IMG/VR virus record: IMGVR_UViG_3300005825_000078
Location: 1-46,273 of that record
Strand: one strand, 5' to 3'
Length of the DNA stretch: 46,273 bases
Origin: a virus
Shown here: in pieces, positions 40,942 to 46,273 of the stretch
How the letters are laid out: each line of letters starts with the position of its first letter
Position numbering within the stretch: position 1 is the stretch's first letter
The notes under the pieces: model-generated
What the model saw: only the letters and a program-made list of their open reading frames with translations
What the model was told of the DNA's origin: nothing
Database searches by the model: none
Program-made: the position numbers and the translations under genes

Positions 40942-42270
40942 TTAAAAGTCTATAGTTTCGGTCTCGGTTTCGGACGTCTCGTTGATGCGGCTAAACGCGA
41001 CGTTGCAGTTGTCCTTGTCCCGCTCGATTGCAGTGGCCGTAAGGTTCAGCTTATTGCTCGCTGGAAAGATCGTGCCACTGCCTGCGAACGAGTCGAGAAC
41101 AAGTTGCCCAGGTAGCGCGCTCCACGAGAGGAGTTCTGTGTAAAGGCTCACAGGCTTCTGTGCAGCGTGCTTTGAATTCGATACTGGTGTATGTTCGAGT
41201 ACGTCGGCGCCTACGCGTTGGACTAACTTCTCGCCTCTGCGCGCGTAGAGGATGGCTTCGTATGTACGTCTCGGTCCGTCGACCGCGCCGATTATGTTGC
41301 CCCGGCCGTTCTTCGACCAGATCAACGGGACAGGCCAAACGCGCCAGTCGTCCTCTAGCTTAATCGCCCAGTGCTTCCACAGGCGAATGTCGCAGAACAT
41401 GTACAAGTGCGCGTTCTCTTTCGCGACTCGCGTCCATTGCGGAATGACCGCGTCTAGGAGTTTATCGACTACGTCGAAGGAGTCTTCGTAGAAATGCCGC
41501 ACTCCGCTATTGCTCCCGCTCTGGGGCATCCAATTGTCGGCACCTACGCCGTAAGGCGGATCGGTGAGGATGACGTCGAACGTATTATCTTCGAAGGTTA
41601 GTAACACTTCTGCTGCGTTGCCGTGGATTAGTGTATGCCGCGACACTTCTTTCGGCGCAAGCTCACCGAGTTCTGCGATGAATGTGCGTTCCATGTCCTT
41701 CTTAAGAAGGTTCAACGCTTCTTTTTCGTTCTTCGCATTCGCAATGATCGGGTTGTCAAGGTGCTTAGCCAACACGAGAGCCTGCGAAACAGTCCGCTGA
41801 AACTCGCCAGTGGGCTCTTTGCCGAGTATTTCCTCCGCGGTGTTCTTAATTGTCTGAACTCCTCCCTGACTTTCGGCTTGGATCGTGCGGAGCGCATGGA
41901 GGTCTGAATATCCTTTCGTTCGTTCTTGCCACGTTAAGTCCCGGCGAAGAACGTTTTCTTCGAGTTCGACTTGGATTAACTCATCGGGCGCAAGTTCTTC
42001 GTGGAGGACTACGGGTATGTGATCAAGAGGGAGTAGCGTTCCGCCCGTGAGCTTAACCCTATCGCCCATCGCTACGATTGCTCTCATTGCACGCAGACGG
42101 CGCTCCCCAGTGGAGAGTATAAAGTCACCGTTAACCTTCCGCACGGTTGGCGGGTTGATTATGCCGACCTGCCGAATGGATTTCTCCAAATCGTCCAGCG
42201 CAGCTTGGTCGAACTCGCGCCGTATCCGGTCCGCGGGTACTTTTACTACACCAATGGGGAGCATTTCCAT
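40942..42270 (-). CDS. ParB-like N-terminal domain fused to a DNA methyltransferase (N6A/N4C, DPPY type), 442 aa
   Basis: It has a ParB GERR motif (ILSTGERRLRAM), motif IV ILTDPPYG and motif I VLDSFAGSGT near the C-terminus. Confidence 0.8.
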   Translation of the reverse strand: MEMLPIGVVKVPADRIRREFDQAALDDLEKSIRQVGIINPPTVRKVNGDFILSTGERRLRAMRAIVAMGDRVKLTGGTLLPLDHIPVVLHEELAPDELIQVELEENVLRRDLTWQERTKGYSDLHALRTIQAESQGGVQTIKNTAEEILGKEPTGEFQRTVSQALVLAKHLDNPIIANAKNEKEALNLLKKDMERTFIAELGELAPKEVSRHTLIHGNAAEVLLTFEDNTFDVILTDPPYGVGADNWMPQSGSNSGVRHFYEDSFDVVDKLLDAVIPQWTRVAKENAHLYMFCDIRLWKHWAIKLEDDWRVWPVPLIWSKNGRGNIIGAVDGPRRTYEAILYARRGEKLVQRVGADVLEHTPVSNSKHAAQKPVSLYTELLSWSALPGQLVLDSFAGSGTIFPASNKLNLTATAIERDKDNCNVAFSRINETSETETETIDF

Positions 42271-42273
42271 CTG

Positions 42274-42744
42274 TTACTCCGTCTTCGTCACGCCGCGGAC
42301 GTCGGTGTACATCTGCCCACTACCGTCGTCAGCCATGCGATGTTTGATCGTGATCTTTGCAACTTGCCCTTTCAGCATTCCGGGCGACCACGACTTCGAC
42401 GGATCGTTCTGCCCAAGCGCGTCACGCAACTGGCCCAGCGGAACGTTCTTCCCTTTTGACAGGTCGAGCCCACCTTCCGGCGTGAGGTCGAGGAAGATCG
42501 ATTGTCTCGCGACGTTCTTCGGTAGCCCAGTAACCTGCTGCACGGTTTTCCCCTCTGGTGTCATCGTTCCACCGTCGACGAGCCAGAGAACGTCGAGAAT
42601 CGCACTGTCCTTCGCCTTGCGCGGCTTGATGTCGTCGATGACGGCAACGTAGTCGTGCGCGGGGATGGGAATGCGCTGCGTGTCCAACGCGCCCGTGACT
42701 TGCATGTTCAAAAATGTGTCTGGATTGAAAATCGTTTCGGACAT
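42274..42744 (-). CDS. DUF669-like protein (phage ssDNA-binding-type), 156 aa
   Basis: The N-terminal pattern is IPIPAHDYVAVIDDI. It lies in the same gene cluster as a Sak4-like ATPase. Confidence 0.55.
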   Translation of the reverse strand: MSETIFNPDTFLNMQVTGALDTQRIPIPAHDYVAVIDDIKPRKAKDSAILDVLWLVDGGTMTPEGKTVQQVTGLPKNVARQSIFLDLTPEGGLDLSKGKNVPLGQLRDALGQNDPSKSWSPGMLKGQVAKITIKHRMADDGSGQMYTDVRGVTKTE

Positions 42745-42773
42745 GTTAAGGTTCCTGTTTGAATGTCGGATGG

Positions 42774-43325
42774 TTACTCACCGGTAGGTTCCGACGGTGC
42801 TACCGGTACCATGACGGTACTCTTCCAGTCGTTTGGCAGAGCGCGTCGCGGATCGAGAAAACGATTAAGCTTCTTTGATAGAAGCAATTGTCTTCGAACG
42901 TGGGTTTCAAATGATTTGTTCAATCCTTTCTGGACGTATAGTCCTAAGTCTTCGAACATCGAGTCGGTGAAGTTGACACTCCCAACCATCCCGAAGATGC
43001 TCCGACCGATAGTGGCGTAGACGAACTTTTCATGTGAGCCGATGCGGATGCGCCAGTCGATACGCTTCCACTTGTCGGCCAGTTCAAATACGCCAGTGAG
43101 ATACCATGAAAAATCCTCCGTATCCTCTCGGGGAAGTCCGATGAGGATGGTAACGTCGTCAGGACGCCGCACGGTAATCAGCTGAAGCAGCCCGGCGACG
43201 ACACTTCCCTTTGCCCACATCTTCGGTGCCGCGTACGTTGCGATGGTGATGTTCTTGGCGTCCGAGTCTTCAACGAGGATACGGATGTTCTCCATCCACG
43301 CGTGTCGACGTAGAAGTTCGCTCAT
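42774..43325 (-). CDS. Phospholipase D-family (HxK) nuclease-like protein (183 aa from MSELLRR)
   Basis: It has GSHEKFVY ... GSVNFT (HxK...GSxN). The ATG at 43325 forms an ATGA overlap with the upstream stop. The track ORF extends to a TTG at 43361. Confidence 0.65.
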   Translation of the reverse strand: MSELLRRHAWMENIRILVEDSDAKNITIATYAAPKMWAKGSVVAGLLQLITVRRPDDVTILIGLPREDTEDFSWYLTGVFELADKWKRIDWRIRIGSHEKFVYATIGRSIFGMVGSVNFTDSMFEDLGLYVQKGLNKSFETHVRRQLLLSKKLNRFLDPRRALPNDWKSTVMVPVAPSEPTGE

Positions 43326-44122
43326 GGCGTCGGCTCGATCGTATTTCCGCTCTTCACCCAAGCTTCGACGAGTGGCTTGAACGACGGCTCTAGTCGCGGG
43401 CTAATTGGAAGTAGCCGTTGCTTCGTGTCCACGCCCATCGATTCCGTTGACCAGTAGAAACTCGCGCCTTCCCGTCGGGCGTAAACCACTTCTCCGAACA
43501 TGGGCGGTATCTTCGGCGGTAGTGCCTTGCCGAGAGACGAGACGGTAATATGTGTGCCGCCCGTGATCTGGTCCGTCTCGCGTTCGATGTGTGCGATTAA
43601 AACGAAATGGCAGTTCAAGTTCGTCAGCATGAGCAGAAAGTTCTCCAACTGATTCTGTCCCACGCCGTATTCCGGTGGTGCCATTGTGGGCTTAGTGCCG
43701 ATAGTGTTACGGATAACGGTACGGGTAAGGCCGGTAAGACCGTCGAGTACAAGGCAACGGTCAGTTCCCCACGAGTCGACGGCGCCGTATTCCTTACCGT
43801 CGTTGTCCGTGAAGTTCGCCATGAGCATGACGAGGTTGATGAATTGTTGATTCTGCGCCTTGTCGCTAGGCGCCATCTTGGTGAGCATTTCGTACGTGAA
43901 CTGATTCACGTTCCGCGCCATGCTCGCCATCTTGTCCCAGTTGAGTGGAACGGGACGGTGGTACTTCCGCACGAGATCGTCGCCCCCAACGTCGCCTAGG
44001 GCGTCTTCTCCTTGTTCGAGAAAGACGACGAAAGGTTTAACGCTAGTGCCGACGAGTGTACGGAGAGAATACGTCTTCCCTACCCCACCGGGTCCTTCGA
44101 TTAGAACTTTAAGTCCAGGCAT
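43322..44122 (-). CDS. Sak4-like RecA-fold ATPase (AAA_24 type), 266 aa
   Basis: Walker A EGPGGVGKTYS at the extreme N-terminus and Walker B-like CLVLDG. Confidence 0.7.
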   Translation of the reverse strand: MPGLKVLIEGPGGVGKTYSLRTLVGTSVKPFVVFLEQGEDALGDVGGDDLVRKYHRPVPLNWDKMASMARNVNQFTYEMLTKMAPSDKAQNQQFINLVMLMANFTDNDGKEYGAVDSWGTDRCLVLDGLTGLTRTVIRNTIGTKPTMAPPEYGVGQNQLENFLLMLTNLNCHFVLIAHIERETDQITGGTHITVSSLGKALPPKIPPMFGEVVYARREGASFYWSTESMGVDTKQRLLPISPRLEPSFKPLVEAWVKSGNTIEPTP

Positions 44123-44131
44123 TTTAGTTCC

Positions 44132-44314
44132 TTAAGGTAAGTCGTTCTTGCGGCTGAAGTCAAACCGCTCGACAGTTGTGAAAGTCTTTTTGCACCTGTC
44201 GCATTGCCTCCTGCGTTTCAGCCCTGCGCGTGACACTTTCGCCCCGATGTACTTGACGAGCGTTTTGACGTGCCGACAATACGGGCAAGGCAAGTGCGAA
44301 GCGCGCGTGGCCAT
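44132..44314 (-). CDS. Zinc-ribbon protein (60 aa, CPYC...CDRC; NrdR/Ogr-like ribbon)
   Basis: ORF track. It has two CxxC pairs followed by FTTVE. It is coupled to the upstream stop by TAATG. Confidence 0.6.
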   Translation of the reverse strand: MATRASHLPCPYCRHVKTLVKYIGAKVSRAGLKRRRQCDRCKKTFTTVERFDFSRKNDLP

Positions 44315-44682
44315 TAGAACACCCTTGTAGGTGCGGTTGGAATGTACTGCACGCCGTGCGACCAGCCGAAGCAGTGCAGCACTTCGTGGCCCAGTACTTC
44401 GGGCCAGACGGTTGTGGCGGTGTAGATCGTGCAGCGGTCATTCTGCCTCACCGCGCACGCTAACATTTGCCGCCTTACTGCTGTGCCGACCTCTAAAGGT
44501 GAGCTTCCGCCACACCGCTTTTGCAGCTCGAAGAAGCCAATCGTCTTCCAGTGCAACTGAACTTGCCGTTCTTCGGACGGGCCTACCAGTGGGGCGGAAC
44601 AGGCGGTCGTAATCGGCAACACTAGCAATACTGCGTGTCGCTTTACCCACCTTCGGAGTGTAGTCGATCTGAAAACGTTCAT
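44314..44682 (-). CDS. Small lipoprotein with a metzincin-type HExxHxxGxxH motif (122 aa)
   Basis: It has a signal peptide with lipobox-like LPITTAC and the motif HEVLHCFGWSH 13 residues from the C-terminus. The conserved RBS GAAAGGAC lies 6 nt upstream. Confidence 0.7.
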   Translation of the reverse strand: MNVFRSTTLRRWVKRHAVLLVLPITTACSAPLVGPSEERQVQLHWKTIGFFELQKRCGGSSPLEVGTAVRRQMLACAVRQNDRCTIYTATTVWPEVLGHEVLHCFGWSHGVQYIPTAPTRVF

Positions 44683-44857
44683 CGGTACGTCCTTTCAGTT
44701 TGTTATTCTCCCTGTGCAAATCGCGAATGATTTGAAGCAGAATCGTTGTGGTATTGAGGTTCACGGGTACGACGTGTCCCGGCGCGAAGAGATCGCGTAC
44801 GTCCTGCTCCAGTTGAGCCGCTCGTACTTGCTCCATCAGCTTTTCTATTTCCGCCAT
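44438..44857 (-). CDS. Hypothetical coiled-coil protein (139 aa; last ~81 aa overlap the lipoprotein gene out of frame)
   Basis: This uses an internal ATG (MAEIEKLMEQ) of ORF 44438..44944. It overlaps the stop of the upstream TM ORF by 13 nt. Confidence 0.4.
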   Translation of the reverse strand: MAEIEKLMEQVRAAQLEQDVRDLFAPGHVVPVNLNTTTILLQIIRDLHRENNKLKGRTDERFQIDYTPKVGKATRSIASVADYDRLFRPTGRPVRRTASSVALEDDWLLRAAKAVWRKLTFRGRHSSKAANVSVRGEAE

Positions 44858-44979
44858 AGTTGCCAAACTCCCCACGCTACAATTCCGCCGAAAAAGAGGA
44901 TGCCGAGAGTTTCCAGTAGCATCCACCCCGTTAGCTCCGCCCAAGCGGTTATTGTCGCGAGATAGTGCGGTTCGTACAC
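44845..44979 (-). CDS. Small membrane protein candidate (44 aa, GTG start)
   Basis: This is part of ORF 44845..45108, which otherwise overlaps the secreted-protein gene. The TM segment is WMLLETLGILFFGGIVAWGVW. GGAGG lies 10 nt upstream of the GTG. Confidence 0.35.
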   Translation of the reverse strand: MYEPHYLATITAWAELTGWMLLETLGILFFGGIVAWGVWQLWRK

Positions 44980-45443
44980 TCCGAAGAAACCTCCGCGATT
45001 GACTGTTCCTGACAGATTCGGTTCATCACAGATTCCAGCGAAAACACCTGCTTGTTCTGCGCGTCTTTTACCGACGTCATCAACTCGACGTCCCGCCACA
45101 TCGCGCATTTGGAGATCTCGTATGTACCGGACACGATGAACAGATCCACACTGCCCAGAAGCGGGCAGAGTCCTTGCGAGGTTGTAAGGGCCGATTTCGT
45201 GTATGAATATGCGTTCGTTTTGTTCGTGCTGTTGAACGTCGTCGAACCGCCGGTAGAATTCAATATCGCAGTCGGATTGGCCACGGCGCCAGCTGCCGCA
45301 AGCGATGTAGCCTTGCTTGTGGAAGCCGAGAACGAATTCTGCGTCGGGCCGAAGTGCTTTCGCATGTGAGGGCTGGCCTCACCACCAGCGAAAACGGGAG
45401 TGGTAAACACGAGCGATATAGCTAGTGCGATTGTGCGTTTCAT
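44949..45443 (-). CDS. Secreted Ser/Thr/Ala-rich protein with Cys-containing C-terminal domain (164 aa)
   Basis: It has the N-terminal signal peptide MKRTIALAISLVFTTPVFAG and four Cys in the C-terminal half. Confidence 0.7.
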   Translation of the reverse strand: MKRTIALAISLVFTTPVFAGGEASPHMRKHFGPTQNSFSASTSKATSLAAAGAVANPTAILNSTGGSTTFNSTNKTNAYSYTKSALTTSQGLCPLLGSVDLFIVSGTYEISKCAMWRDVELMTSVKDAQNKQVFSLESVMNRICQEQSIAEVSSECTNRTISRQ

Positions 45444-45444
45444 T

Positions 45445-45774
45445 TCAGTCCTCTTTAATGTGACGTTGCATGTGATGTTCGATAAGTGCTGCTTCGTTGT
45501 CGTCTTTGATGCGCTTGGTTACTATCGATAGAAGTTTCTCCATTTCACGATCGTTGAGGAGAGGAAGAAGGTCGACTTTCATCGGACCTTCCGCGAGGAA
45601 AATGCTCATGAGTTCGTACGATTCGGGTTCGTCGGGTTCGATTTTCAGTCCACCGTCCGTCGCCCCGCGATGCGCGCGTTGATGAAGGACAACGACTTCG
45701 GCGGTGGTGGAGTATTCGAAACCGATCGAGTCGATGGTGAGGTTGATGTCAATCGGACGGGATAGAAGGGTCAT
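45445..45774 (-). CDS. Hypothetical protein (109 aa from MTLLSRP)
   Basis: This uses an internal ATG of ORF 45445..45831. The RBS GAAAGGACAAACA lies directly before the ATG. Confidence 0.6.
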   Translation of the reverse strand: MTLLSRPIDINLTIDSIGFEYSTTAEVVVLHQRAHRGATDGGLKIEPDEPESYELMSIFLAEGPMKVDLLPLLNDREMEKLLSIVTKRIKDDNEAALIEHHMQRHIKED

Positions 45775-45827
45775 TGTTTGTCCTTTCGTGGTTGTGGGCG
45801 TCTTGAGCGGCGATAGCGGCGTCGATT

Positions 45828-46010
45828 TCATCCATTACCGCTCTCCTCGTGCTTGGGCTCAACCTTCACGACCGCATATCCTTTACAGGTCGGACACTCT
45901 TTATCGGTCGGCCCTCTTTCTGTCCAGACGTATCCATCCGGGCAATCCGGGCACGAACGCAGCTCGTCTTTGTTCCGATCAAACGGTACTCGCGGGTCCA
46001 TGATAATCAT
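45828..46010 (-). CDS. Small zinc-binding protein (60 aa, CPDC...CPTCKG)
   Basis: ORF track. ATGA overlap with the upstream stop. It has two CxxC pairs. Confidence 0.6.
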   Translation of the reverse strand: MIIMDPRVPFDRNKDELRSCPDCPDGYVWTERGPTDKECPTCKGYAVVKVEPKHEESGNG

Positions 46011-46273
46011 CCCTTCTCCTCTTGGCTGTCGTGCAGGAGGGCGCGGGCAGCATCGATGGTGTTCATCAGTGCGGACCCCGCTCGCAGAAGTTCGCGCGAG
46101 TCGTTACAGGCATGGACGCCGGCAATCAACGTGATCGCGGATTCTTTCACGGCCTGCAACGCCGCCTCCAGCGCGAGGATGCGCTGCTCCAGTGCGGTTG
46201 ATTCCTTGCGAGTACGGGCCATGAGAACCTCGATGCCGTTCTCCACCGTCCGCGCACGTTCTCGTGGCACTCC
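46007..46273 (-). CDS. Hypothetical protein, 3' part of the junction-spanning gene (5' end continues at 162..121 in the circular form)
   Basis: ORF 46007..46270. The frame is open to the window end, and the last 120 nt duplicate 1..120. Confidence 0.6.
   Translation of the reverse strand, partial: GVPRERARTVENGIEVLMARTRKESTALEQRILALEAALQAVKESAITLIAGVHACNDSRELLRAGSALMNTIDAARALLHDSQEEKG
46154..46273. repeat. Terminal direct repeat, copy 2 (identical to 1..120)
   Basis: Base-for-base identity with 1..120. Confidence 0.95.

Overview
The window is a complete dsDNA phage genome. Its first 120 nt are identical to its last 120 nt (1..120 = 46154..46273), so the unique length is 46,153 bp. I saw no tape measure, sheath or tube genes, and there is a set of internal-virion and ejection-type proteins, so a podovirus-like virion is inferred. 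I found no tRNA, CRISPR array, integrase or phage RNA polymerase.

The genome has two divergent arms that start in a control region at about 8.6-8.95 kb.

(1) The plus-strand late arm runs 8955..37115. In order it encodes:
- an HTH small-terminase candidate
- a PD-(D/E)XK protein
- a DUF3008-like peptide
- the large terminase
- the portal
- a P/Q-rich scaffold candidate
- the major capsid protein
- a methyltransferase plus two glycosyltransferase-like genes, inside the head module
- a lysis cassette: TM proteins, a GH108 endolysin and an embedded Rz/Rz1-type spanin pair
- a tail-collar fibre
- a nozzle-like protein
- a Gly/Ala/Val hexad-repeat LamG fibre
- internal virion proteins, ending with a 1914-aa giant protein that carries an HExxH motif

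(2) The minus-strand early and replication arm runs from 8761 down to 1 and continues through the circular junction from 46153 down to 37051. It holds many small, translationally coupled genes (ATGA, GTGA and TAATG junctions), plus:
- four near-consensus sigma70-type promoters
- two tandem paralog cassettes, each with its own promoter and terminator
- an iteron and AT-rich region
- a Cas4-like nuclease
- a cluster of secreted, lipoprotein and TM proteins, including a minimal HExxHxxGxxH lipoprotein
- a Sak4-like ATPase, a PLD-like nuclease and a DUF669 protein
- a ParB-DNA methyltransferase fusion
- a very acidic 74-aa protein
- a UDG-domain/family A DNA polymerase fusion
- a DUF3987-type NTPase

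All functional calls come from motifs read by eye in the translations and from synteny. No database search was run.
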